A DNA stretch of 64,000 bases from Octopus sinensis (lineage: Eukaryota). Made by a program: the position numbers and the translations under genes. Shown here piece by piece: positions 1 through 12,000 of the stretch; position 1 is the first letter of the stretch, and each line of letters opens with the position of its first letter. The notes below the pieces were generated by a model. It saw only the letters and a list, made by a program, of their open reading frames with translations. It made no database searches and was not told the origin of the DNA. Location of the stretch: assembly GCF_006345805.1 (NCBI RefSeq), contig NC_043008.1:23064001-23128000 (forward strand). Direction: 5' to 3'.

Positions 1-723
1 GGCAATTGTAGAAGATTTAATGTAATATGCAAATGTAGAGTTACAATAATTAATAATTCACAAGGTAAGGTATACATAGGTAGTTCCGTTAATTTTAAGC
101 AAAGATTTTTAGTGCATATACACTCATTTAAGCCAAATACAGCCACCAATACAACTTCATTAGCTACATACATAAGCTAAAGAAAAACAAAATTAACTAT
201 AAATTAGAATGGTCTATAATAGATTCAGCCATACCATACATGCATAAATCTAATAGTTGCTGTCTCTGTATGAAAGAATCACTGTATATATTATTATATA
301 AACATAAGAATTTAATAAATTGTCAATCAGAAGCACTTTCAACATGTAGGCATAGATTTTATAAAACCTTTCAATATTATAGGAAATCTAATAAAGATTT
401 GGATTAGTAAATATATATATAGATATACTTTTTTTTTGTGATATTAAAATATAGGGTGATACTTACAAATAGATAGATTGATAAATTGAATAGAATTATT
501 TGACTATAAGTAAATTTATAAGATATAAATTATAAATTAGACATTAAATAAAGATTGACTAGACATTCCTAGAATTAGAACCCAGGTCCATCTTATCTAT
601 AACAAATGGACAGTTATAATTGAATTAAATTTAAAAATCCAAAATTTTAATTGGTATCTTCCAATTACAAAAATAAAAATATAAAAGAAATACTGTGAAC
701 AATTTATAATTTTACAAATTCAT

Positions 724-2597
724 TGTGAGTTGAAGTGAGTTATTGAAGCTGAGTTATATTTGTGAGTTGAATGTTAATTTATTGTTGATTATTGCTGTTC
801 GTTGATATCGTTGTTAATATCGTTAAATTTTTGTGTCGTTAAATTTTCCCATTGAGGAAAATGGAGAAGGTGCCTGCGGGTGGTCACAGCTATGCAGCTA
901 CAACTGGAAGAGGAGCAGAGGAAAGAACACTAAAGACTTTTGAAATAAAAGTCAAACCCAAGAAAATGAAAGCTTGCAAGAAGCTGCTAAAGAAGGAGGG
1001 TGAAACTATAAAGCTAATACCACTCGAAGAGCTGTCAAACAGCGTAATGAAGAAAACGGTGACCTACAAGACCTTGAAGGTTGCTACAAGGAAAATAGAA
1101 ATAGCAACAATAGAGGAAATCGAAAAAGTGTTGGAAGGCATTAAAAAGTTGATAACCTTCAGAACGAGAGGCAGAAGGTATGCCACTGTAGATGTGCGAT
1201 TCATATTGGAGGAGGAAGCAATAAGACATGCAACGGAGGCAATTCGTTTGGAAGAATGGATTCTTTTGCCATTGTATTGCGGAAAATGTGTGGCGAGAGT
1301 TTGGGTGGGCCAAGTGCCCCCTGAGCTGGAGGAGGCATGGCTAATGACAGCCATTATGTATAACATGAAGGACGGGACCAGAATACTGAAGGCCACCAGA
1401 ACAAATAAGCTGGACTACTGGGGCTATGGATTGGAATTAACAATCCACGCAACAGTAGAAGACCTCAATAGAATAACTGAGGAGATAGTGTTGCCTAACA
1501 GTTTCTCACTTAGAATGAAGGTGGAGGGCAGACCGCCTGTGTGTTTTGAATGTGGCGAAAAGGGGCACATGAAGGCGAGATGGCCACAGAAACAACAGAG
1601 AGAAATTCAAGAAAATGTCGAACAGGCAGTGCTTGTCGAGAGTAGTGCAAAAACAGCGGAAGAAGGTTTCATGATAGTGGAAAGAAAAAGGAGGAGCGGT
1701 AGGGTAAGCCTGTCACCAACTAACCAGATTAAGAAGAAAGAAGAGGTGGAAAGGGAAGATGTAACAAGAAAGATGACAAAAGTAAGGTGGAGAAGGGAAG
1801 TGAAAAAATAATTAAGAAGGTGTGTGACAATGAGCCACAGAAGGATGAAGCAAGGATGAGGACGACATGTGATATGGCAGAAGTTTCAGGAATTCAGCTA
1901 CAAGAGGGTGAGATGGAGAAACTGTTTACAGTGGAGATGGAGAAGAAGAAAGTTCCAGCATCAGAGAAGAGTATAGAGGAAGCTATATCGGGAGAGGAAG
2001 AAAGGAGAAAGCCTAGTGGAGGGAAGAAACAATGGAATTTTTTTACCTATTCAAAAAACAAGGAAGTGGAGAAGGAAATCGTGAAGTTCAAGAACATCAT
2101 AAGGGTAAAAATGCCCAGAGACACGTACTCTGAGAGAGCGAAGGGCTTGGTGGCCGATATGTAGCCTACGAGAAACTTAAAGACAAGTGCGGGGATAGAA
2201 TCGACCCGGACAGAACGATAGTGGAGTTCAATGAACTGCCACCAGTAATTGATCTGATAGAACTGGAGCAGTATATGAAGCGTTAAAAAAAAAAGGGGGA
2301 AAAAAAAAACGAGAGTGAAAGGAAAAAGTATTTTTGAACAAAAAAATGATAATTAATGAAAAAATAAAAATGAAAAAAAGACAGATAAAATAAAACTGTA
2401 ATAACAATGTGTAAAAACGTTCCCCTGGTACTGCATGAGGAGTGATGAGGAGTGGGGCCCATGCAGCCATTTCATTTTTCATTATTGTATAATATTCATT
2501 CTCATCCGTTTTATGTTTACTGTCCCCACTGTGGTGTTGTGTCTATCCTTGTAGTGTCTCCTCTGTGTTAGTGGCCTGAGTGCCAAATAAAGAAATA
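724..2597 (+). mobile_element. ORF1-only (HAL1/half-LINE-like) retroelement, copy 1, 13-bp TSD
   Basis: TSD tttacaaattcat at 711-723 and 2598-2610. Short GT-rich 5' leader, gag/ORF1-like coding region, 3' UTR ending AATAAAgaaata. No RT or endonuclease inside. Confidence 0.8.
861..2286 (+). pseudogene. L1/Tx1-type ORF1-like nucleic-acid-binding protein with zinc knuckle (two frameshifts)
   Basis: ORF 852..1811 (ATG 861) contains GRPPVCFECGEKGHMKARW (CX2CX4HX4C with last C>W). Continues in 1787..2164 and a third frame ending ..IVEFNELPPVIDLIELEQYMKR* at 2286. Homologous to 42053-43425. Confidence 0.75.
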
Positions 2598-3074
2598 TTT
2601 ACAAATTCATAGCTTCAAATATAATTTGATTTTGTATTATGAACTATATTTGGATTACCGGATAATATAATGAATTTTATACAAAAATATTATGGATTGC
2701 TACAGAAGAATTACCAAGACAAAAGTGTCATGGATAGCTTCAGAGGAATTACCAAGAAGACATATGAATTTCAAGACTCTCATACTAAAGTATATACACT
2801 TTTTACATTTCTAAACTAACTACATGAACTATACTGGAATGCAAGATGATATGACAGATTTTGAGTATGAATATTATGAATTATTGCAGTAGAATAACCA
2901 GGGAAATATATATGGATTTATAGACTCTCATCAAAAGTAGTAATTTTTAATTTTTATTTTACATTTCAAACAAACACTATTTTACAAACATCTTTCTATA
3001 AACACCATTTTACAATTTTAATTCAAATTTAAAAAAAAATATCATTCGATACATTATACAATATTCATATTTTA

Positions 3075-3166
3075 TATTTCTGAAGAGCAGAAGGGTTGTC
3101 TATAAGTGCTTATCAATATAGGACTTCATTATAGGGACAACCCTTTTGCGAAACGATTGTAAGATG
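3075..3166 (+). ncRNA. Type I hammerhead ribozyme motif (PLE pLTR)
   Basis: CTGAAGA 3080-3086; 14-bp stem II gcagaagggttgtc/gacaacccttttgc; GAAAC-gatt-GTA 3150-3161; weak stem I tattt/agatg. Confidence 0.7.
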
Positions 3167-3530
3167 CTTAAAAACTTAATTCAAAAATTTTAAACCTTCA
3201 AATTTATTTTATACATCATATTTATATTTTTAATATTTATTTATTTACTTATATACATTTTTAATACATAAAGTCTTTCATATGTGAAAAATTCTATATT
3301 GATTTCCTTATATTAATAATAATAATATATTATTAAAAAATATATGTATGTATATATATATTTTGAAAATATAAATATATGAAAGAATGGAGCTGAACGA
3401 CGAATTAACAAAGCACGTAATCTATGCCCTAGGCACGTAACTTCAACAGTGTTTTTTCTGATGTGAATTTGCTACCCAGGTATTGGTTAATTCGAATTAT
3501 CCTTAATAAGATAATTCATTCACTACTCAA

Positions 3531-3592
<62 letters not shown>

Positions 3593-3593
<1 letters not shown>

Positions 3594-5200
3594 CATCATC
3601 ATCATCGTTTAACGTCCATTTTTCATGCTGGCATGGGTTGGACTGTTTGACTGGAGACTGACAAGCCAGGAGGCTGCACCAGGCTCCAATCTGATCTGGC
3701 AATGTTTCTACAGCTGGATGCCCTCCCTAATGCCAACCACTCTGAGAGTGTAGTAGGTGCTTTTACATGCCACCAGCAGGGGAGCCAGTCAGGCAGTACT
3801 GGCATTGGCCACATTCAGATGGTGCATTTTACGTGCCACTGGCTCAGGCAGCAACCCACACATGAATGAATGGTGCATATAGCATGTCACCAGCACTGGT
3901 GATGGCCACAACTACAATTTCCATTTGATTGTGATTTGACTTGGTTTTGATTTACTTTACTCAATAGGTCTCATCAAGCATGGAACATCACCCGATGATT
4001 CAAAGGTACTTTTTAAATGGGCTGGTTATGCGACACTGGTGTGATCTCACTTTCCTTGCCAGGTCTTCTCAATCACAACATGCCTCCAGAGGTCTCAGTC
4101 TTTCATCATTGCCTCTGTGAGGCCCGACGTTCAAAGGTCATGCTTCACCACCTCATCCCATGTCTTCCTGGGGTCTCTCTCCTCCATGGGTTCATTCCAC
4201 TGTTAGGGAGCGACACTTCTTCACACAGCTCCTCTCATCCATATGTAGCACATGACCATACCAGCACAGTCGTCTCTCTTACACAGCACATCTGAAGCTT
4301 GTTATGTTTAACATTTCTCTTAGGATGCTTACACTCTGTTGTGTGTGCACACTGATTACACATCCAGTGGATCATACTAGCTTCATTACTTTTGAGCCTA
4401 CGCATGTCTTCAGCAGTCACAGCCCATGTTTCACTGCCATTTAGCATGGCAGTTTGCACACATGCATCATACAATCTGCCTTTCACTCTGAGCAAGAGGC
4501 CCTTTATCACCAGTAGAGGTAGGAGCTTTTTGAACTTTGCTCAGGCTGTTCTTATTCTTGTGGCAATACTCTCTTAGCATCCACCCCCACTACAGACTTA
4601 GTCACCTAGGTAGCAGAAGCTATCAACTACTTCTAGATTCTCCCCCTGGCAAGTGATGGAATCAGTTTTCTGAGCATCTGCAGTGTTTATTGCCCTTGTG
4701 CATCTGCTGCATACAAAAGCTATCTTCTTGGTTAACCTTCCTTTGATGTTGCTTCACCTCTTATGCATCCATAGCTTACCCTGGGTACATTTTTTGGAGT
4801 TTCTACCTACATCCTTTCTACAGATCAAGCAGGGCCATTTACCTGAAAGAGTTTGTGATGTGTTCGCCTTCCTACTTACTAGGACCTTGGTTTTTGCAAC
4901 ATTGACTTTAAAGCCCTTTGATTCTAAACCTTGCTTTCACACCTGAAATTTCTTCTCTAGTTCTGGTAGTGATTCAGCTATGAGCGCAAGGTCATCAGCA
5001 TAGAGGATCTGCCAGGGGCAGCCTGTCTTGAATTCCTCTATTATTGCCTAGAGGGCTGATCCTTGGTGAACCCCTACTTCTTCCTGGAATTCTTCACAAT
5101 ACTCATTGCCGACCCTTACCTTACTAATGGCGTCCCTGTACAGCTCTTATTAACCACTTGTCAATCCAGTTTCCACATCACCCACCAGATAAGGGAACAT
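3593..5200 (-). mobile_element. 5'-truncated degenerate RTE LINE
   Basis: (CAT)n tail at ~3593, 3' UTR shared with the 9075 copy, RT C-terminal fragments (VKGRLYDACVQTAMLNGSETW; 4235..4510). Confidence 0.9.
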
Positions 5201-5206
5201 GGGACT

Positions 5207-5237
<31 letters not shown>

Positions 5238-5271
5238 CTTTATTTAAAAAAAGCAGAAAATTCAACAAAAC

Positions 5272-5309
5272 CTGTTACTCTGAGTTTCACGTTCCTGTTC
5301 GTCGGACAG
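5272..5309 (-). ncRNA. Minimal type I hammerhead motif in a (TA)n-embedded mini-element
   Basis: Minus strand reads ctgt-CCGACGA-ac aggaac gt-GAAAC-tcaga-GTA-acag. Stem I ctgt/acag; palindromic stem III ACTC-A-GAGT; core has U4>C. Confidence 0.6.
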
Positions 5310-5401
5310 TTTTTAGCCAAAATAAATAAAGCATATTACTCTACCACTGGTATTTGAGTACTCTTTCTTCCACCTTGTTTCACATTTATGTGTTTACTCC
5401 A

Positions 5402-5435
<34 letters not shown>

Positions 5436-5436
5436 A

Positions 5437-5791
5437 TACATGCTAGACAGCTTATATGATATCAAAACACAAAGCAATAAATTTTGAACAGCTATAATGA
5501 CTTATAACCACACACTAATACTTATATTTATAATACTTGTATACATACACACACACACACACATATATATATATATTGATAAAAATATAAGATAACAAAA
5601 GAAAGAAAGAGATCTCGATATTATGTAAATAGAGGAAATTATCTGTAAATGTTATATGTGACAATTATTCTGTAAATGTAATGTGGACAATTATCTGGCC
5701 GGATAACTGAAGAGATGGGGGCGTGAATTTCCACCTGGGCATCCGAAACTTGGAGTTTTATCTTGGCTACCAAATAATTGTCACATATTAC

Positions 5792-5856
<65 letters not shown>

Positions 5857-5925
5857 ATATGTATATCTGCTCAAAATTTATTGCCTTGTCTGTTTTGGTG
5901 TCATATATGCTGTCTAGCATGTTTC
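5437..5925. repeat. ~55-bp imperfect inverted repeats (5437-5490, 5866-5925) bracketing the 5702 hammerhead
   Basis: catgctagacagcttatatgatatcaaaac..aataaattttgaacag versus reverse complement of ctgctcaaaatttattg..tatatgctgtctagcatg. Confidence 0.7.
5702..5762 (+). ncRNA. Type I hammerhead motif
   Basis: gataa-CTGAAGA-gatg...catcc-GAAAC-ttgga-GTT-ttatc. Perfect 5-bp stem I, stem II gatg/catc, GUU triplet. Confidence 0.65.
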
Positions 5926-6342
5926 TTTTACTTGCTTGAACCTCGTGAATCCTACTGTGATAACTATAAGATTACTTGATAATTATTTTCAATGTCTTTT
6001 ATGAATTGTTTTGGTGGATTAGTAAGCTGATTGGTTGTATACTATTGACAATGAATTAAGACTTTCTGTATTCAGTTGGAAACACCTTCATTGCTCATGC
6101 TACTTTCTTCTGTTGTTGAGATGAATCTCTCACAAATTGATTATAACCTCATGGTTCCACATAATGACTGACAAAATGAAATGGATATTTTGTTTTATTA
6201 TTATGCTAGATTACACAATGTCTGTGTAAGTAATATGTAAGTAAATAGTAAATAACCGATAACGATTGTCACATAACAACATAATATTGTCTTCATTTCT
6301 TGAATGGACGTTAAATGATGATGATGATGATGATGATATATA

Positions 6343-7025
6343 CTAGCTTAAGGTGACCCGCTCTATGCGCGGGTGAGGTTGTGGTTGTTACTTTCTGTTG
6401 CTTCCTTTCTGTTTCTTTCTTATTTTCCCACTCTCTTACTCTTCCTTTCTCTTGGACTTTCCCTCGCTTTCTTTTACTCTTTATCTTTCTCTATCTGTCT
6501 CTCTGCCATTTATAAAAAAATTAGATTTCTGCGTTTAAATTACAAATCTGCTTCCACTTTACCATGTTGAAAATTTGATAGAAATTGGGCAAAAAGTGTC
6601 CGATCTAGACCACCAAGTGTCCCACCAAATCAATAAAATCCCAGTTTACACACCAAAGCAACCACTGTAGCATCACAAAACGTCTCCCAATCAATTTCCC
6701 CCCTCCTGTAAATTTGAATCCCCTTCCAACCCCATTTTTACGTAAAGATCCAATTTATGTCTACGTTCGCCTTCTTCATTTTATTGATAGGATTAGATGC
6801 CAATTGTGCCAATCTGGAGGGGCTTAGAGCCCCTTTGAATCTTCTCACCATAGCAACCGCATCTTTCCAGATGGTGAGTTTTAACCAACTCAAATCTCTC
6901 CCTCATCATGCCTTCTATGCCTGTGTCAATTTTCAGCTCGATCTGACTACTGGTGTGGTTGCCAACCTCTGACGTAGCAAAACCTGCACAAAATTTTGAC
7001 CCAAAGCCTTTTTTATATATATAGA
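6343..7025 (-). mobile_element. Non-autonomous Helitron, array unit A
   Basis: Minus-strand 3' CTAG (6343-6346) 9 nt from hairpin acccgc-tctatgc-gcgggt (6356-6374); 5' TCTATATATATAAAA start at 7025. Confidence 0.8.
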
Positions 7026-7537
7026 TAGCAGAGAAACCCGGTCTTGCCTGGGATTAAAATAGTTTATCATTCTTTTATTTGTTTCGGTATTGTAACTCGA
7101 TTTCATTCGGGTCTACCTGGGCCACACTTTAAACATAGGGCTTTTAACATAGGTGTGCAAATTTTCAACTGAATCCTACCATATTTACTAACACTTTTGC
7201 CTGTATAACTGCTTGTGAGACAACATGTGCCCTTTTCACAAATATGTAGTAGACCTACAGAGATACCCGACTTTACTTGGGATTAAAATGGCATAGTTTT
7301 TCATTGTTTTACTTGTTTGGTTAATATAAGCTGATTTCATTTGGGTGTAATCGGGCCACATTTTAAAAGATGAGGAATTTTGTCCTCGAGGTCACGCCTT
7401 TCATTTGAGGAAAAAAATAGTTGCCATGCAAACTCGCCAGCACTTTTAACATAGGTGTGATATTTTCAGCTCAACCGACCACATAATGCACACATAATAT
7501 ATATGCATTAAATATATATATGTACATATAATCGCAT

Positions 7538-7575
<38 letters not shown>

Positions 7576-8164
7576 CATTATATATACAAAGGTATACAAC
7601 TTAGATATATATATATATATATACAGATATATACACTTTGTATATATACATTATATATACATATTTATATATAGAACACACACACACACACACATATAGA
7701 TTAACCCAATAAATATCTGATTCATAATATTTGTTCTCATGATTGTGTGGTGGTGGTGGCGATAATAAAACTCTCTATGAATGCAGACAGACGTACAGAG
7801 AGAGAGGAGGGAGGGATGCAGTGGAAGAAAGAGTGACAGTGCTGGCGAAGGCGGTGGGGGAAAGATAGTAGTAGTTGTCAAACGCTGTTATAGAGAGAAA
7901 GTGACAGGAAGGGAGGAAAGAGAGAGAGAGAGGGAGGAAGAAAGGCAGATATAAGAATGAGAGGAGACTTGTCAAAGTGTATGTTTTTTGCCCTAGTAAC
8001 CACACCTTTTAAGATAGGGATTTCTAACTTAGCTCACTGACGTCCTCACCTCATTTTACATGTTCCTGTAAATTTTTAAGCGAATCTGACGGGATCTAGT
8101 GGTCTTTAACCCGTTCCAATGCCAAAACCAGACAAACAAACTTTTCGCATTTCAGATTTATAGA
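7026..8164 (-). mobile_element. Non-autonomous Helitron, array unit B (different 3' end)
   Basis: Hairpin cccgg-tcttg-cctggg (7037-7052) with CTA terminus fused to the TC start of unit A; 5' end ..cgcatttcagatttataga at 8164. Confidence 0.75.
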
Positions 8165-9074
8165 TATTAACTAACTTTAGGTGACCTGCTCTATGCGCGG
8201 GTAAGAGTGTGGTTGTTACTTTCTATTGCTTCCATTCTGTTTTTTATCACCACATTCTCCCTCTTTGTTCCTCTCTCCTTTCTCTCTCACTTTCCCACTC
8301 TCTTACTCTTCCTTTCTCTTGGACTCTCCTTCGCTTTCTCTTACTCTCTATCTTTCTCTATCTATCTCCCTCCCATTTATAAACAACAAAAGATCTTGAG
8401 TAAGTTGAGAAAGAAATATTTTGAAAGATCGATCATAAATATCAGGCAGTGACAACGGAAAGGTCTGCTTCAAGGCAGAAAGCAAAACACTAACATTTAA
8501 AAGGGACAGACGAATTTGCGAGCTGAATAAAAATAAATAAATATTGGAAACCAAAGTTTGAAGGGATAGAATCTGAGGAAGGTAGAGTCACCATGGCTGT
8601 TATTTCTTAACGACAGTCAGCAATGTAGTGGCAGTTTAATGGCTGATGTAAAATTTTGAACTTGATATAAAAGAAAATTCCTAAACATCAAGTTTTGAAG
8701 TGATTCTTTCTCACGACAGTAGACTCATCATGGCAAGCATTCAAAACTTCATCATGGACGGCAACACATTGACGATTAAAAGGCTGGCGCAAATTTTTTA
8801 GCTTGATGTAACAGAGAATTCCTAAACACCCGCTCCTGTAAATTTTAATCCCCTTCCAGCCCCATTTAGACACCTTTTCACATCTTTGTTAATATAACCT
8901 GATTTCATTCGGGTCTACTCGGGCCACATTTTAAAAGATGAGGAATTTTGTCCTAGAGGTCACGCCTTTCATTTAAGGAAAAAAATAGTTGCCATGCAAA
9001 CTCGCCAGCACTTTTAACATTGGTGTGCATATTTTCAGCTCAACCGACCATATAATGCACACATTATATATATA

Positions 9075-12000
9075 TCATCATCATCATCATCATTTAGCGT
9101 CCGTTTTCCATGCTAGCATGGGTTTGGACGGTTCAACTGGGGTCTGTGAAGCCAGAAGGCTGCATCAGGCCCAGTCTAATCTCGCAGTGTTTCTACGGCT
9201 GGATGCCCTTCCTAACGCCAACCACTCCGCTAGTGTAGTGGGTGCTTTTTACGTACCACCCACACAGGTGCCAGACGGAGCTGGCAAACTGCCACGAATG
9301 GCTGGTGCTTTTACGTGCCACCGGCACGGGGGCCAGGTGAAGCTGGCAACGGACACGAACGGATGGTGCTTTTACGTGCCACCAGCACAGAGGCCAGTCG
9401 GCGCAGCACTGGCAATGGCCATGAACGGATGGTGCTTTTTACGTGCCACCGGCACGGGGGCCAGGCGAGGCTGGCAATGGTCACGAACGGATGGTGCTTT
9501 TTACGTGTCATCGGCACGGAGGCCAGTCGGGGCAGCGCTGGCAACGGCCACAATCGGATGGTTCGCTTACTTGTCACCGGCACTGGTATCACAGCCGCAA
9601 TTTCCATTGATGTTGATCGACTTCGATTTTGGTTCTGCTTTCTGATATCTGATTTGATTTTGATTTTGATTTTCACTTGCCTCAACGCGTCTTCACAAGT
9701 GGAGTTTTGTGTCCCAAGAAGGAAAGGTATGTATAAGTCGACTGGCTACATACCAGGTAGAGGCCACGGGTTATGGTCTCACTAGTCTTGCCGGATCTTC
9801 TCAGGCACGGCATACTTCCATAGGTCTCGGTCTCTAGTCATTTCCTCGGTGAGACCTAAAGTTCGAAGGTCATGCTTCACCACCTCGTCCCAGGTTTTCC
9901 TGGGTCTACCTCTTCCACAGGTTCCCTCAACTGCTAGGGTGTGGCACTTTTGTACACAACTATCTTCAGCCATTCTCGTCACATGACCATACCAGCGCAA
10001 ACGTCTCTCTTGCACACCACAACTGATGCTTCTTAGGTCCAACTTTTCTCTCAAGGTACTTACACTCTGTCGATTATGAACACTGACATTACACATCCAT
10101 CGAAGCATATTGGCTTCATTTCTTGCGAGCTTACGCATATCCTCAGCAGTCACGGCCCATGTTTCACTACCATGTAGCATGGCTGTACGTACACATGCAT
10201 CATACAGTCTCCTTTTACTCTGAGCGAGAGGCCTTTTGTCACCAGCAGGGGTAAGAGCTCTCTAAACTTTGCCCAGGCTATTCTTACTCTAGCAGTTACA
10301 CTTTCAGCACACCCACCCCCGCTACTGACTTGGTCACCTAGGTAGCGGAAGCTATCAACTACTTCTAGTTTGTCTCCCTGGAACGTGGTAGAAGTTGTTC
10401 TCTGCACATTTCCAGTGTTTATTGCTCCTGAGCATCTGCCACAGACAAAAACTATTTTCCTAGTTAGCCTTCCTTTGACATTGCTGCACCTCTTATGTGT
10501 CCATAGCTTACACTTGGTGCACCTTATAGAGTTTCTACCTACACCTTTTTTACAGATCGAGCAGGGCCATCTACCTGAAGTCGTTTGTGATTGGTCTACC
10601 TTCCTACTTATTAGGACTTTGGTTTTGGCTAGGTTGATTCTAAGGCCCTTCGATTCTAATCCTTGTTTCCACACCTGAAACTTTTCCTCCAGTTCTGATA
10701 GTGACTCAGCAATTAGAGCAAGGTCATCAGCATAGAGGAGCTCCCAGGGGCATCCTGTCTTGAATTCCTCCATTATTGCCTGGAGGACTATGATAAATAG
10801 GAGGGGACTGAGGACTGAACCTTGGTGGACCCCAACCTCTACCTGGAATTCTTCACTGTACTCGTTGCCAACCCTCACCTTACTAGCAGCGTCTCTGTAC
10901 ATGTCTTGCACAGCTCTCACTAACCATTCATCTATCCCTAGTTTCCTCATTGACCACCAGATAAGGGATTGGGGGACCCTGTCAAAGGCTTTCTCCATGT
11001 CAACAAAAGCCAGGTACAGGGGCTTATCTTTGGCTAGGTATTTCTCCTGCAGCTGTCTTACCAGGAATATAGCATCAGTAGTACTTTTCCCTGGCACGAA
11101 CCCAAATTGCATCTCATCTAAGCTAACTCTCTCTCTAATTAATTGGGCTATAACCCTCTCCGTAACCTTCATTACCTGATCCAGCAGCTTGATACCCCTG
11201 TAGTTATTTGTATCTAGGATGTCACCTTTACCTTTGTAGCAGTTGACTATTATGCTGCTACACCAGTCATTGGGTATGACTCCTTCATGTATCACCTGGT
11301 TAACTACACGGGTGAGTAGGCTATAGCCGACACTACCAGATATTTTGAGCATCTCTGCAGTAATTCCTGATGGGCCTGGGGCTTTCCCTGTTTTCATGCT
11401 TGTAATTGCTTTAACTACTAAGGAACTGTCAACTCGGATTGCTGGTCCCTCTGTTGGGTCGACATTCGGCAGACTCTCTTTCTCCCATTTATTTTCCTCA
11501 TTCATGGCGTCTCCAAGCCTCTCTCTTTGCATCCTCATTTAGCGCAAGTGAACCGTCATCCTTGCGAACACACTTCTCTCCTACCATGTCACGATTCTCT
11601 CTCACACACTGTTTTGCAACACGAAATACCTCAAGTCTTTCATCCTCACGGCGCAGAACATTGGCAAATTTTTTCTTATCTGCTTCCCCTCTGGCTAAAT
11701 ACATCTGTCTCCTAGCTTCCCTTCTGGCACTCTGATACACTTCCCTGCTACCACCATTCTTCCAGTCCTTCCAAGCCTGTTTCTTTTGTCTAATAGCCCT
11801 GTCAACAATATTGTTCCACCACCACGTTATTTTGGGTCTTGAGGGGACTTTGCATCATCCACAGATCTGGTCAGTGGCTTTCAGCAGGTTGTCCCTCAGA
11901 AGCGTCCAGTTGTCTTCTACCCCATTTTCGTCAAAGGCTTCAAGTAACATGTCTCTAAATCTCTGTCCATTCGCAGGGTCTTTAAGCTTCCAGACCCTTC

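Larger units (their letters stand above)
1..3170 (+). mobile_element. 3' part of a Penelope-like element: GIY-YIG endonuclease C-terminus (~19-390), long AT-rich 3' region/pLTR with hammerhead; interrupted by the 724-2597 insertion
   Basis: Manual translation from ~19 (frameshifted): NVICKCRV..KVYIGSSVNFKQRF..TSLATYI..LEWSIIDSAIPY..CCLCMKE..LSTCRH, matching the PLE GIY-YIG plus Cys/His pattern. HHR motif at 3075-3166. Confidence 0.8.

Noticed and set aside
5639-5920. ORFs rich in IY/YI, HT or CV repeats (also 13336-13587, 15055-15333, 44252-44541, 51388-51820)
   Set aside because: These are translations of (TA)n and (CA)n microsatellites.
8989-9785. Long ORFs and a CRISPR-like repeat array
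   Set aside because: This is the tandem repeat in an RTE 3' UTR: no unique spacers, no cas genes, eukaryotic context.
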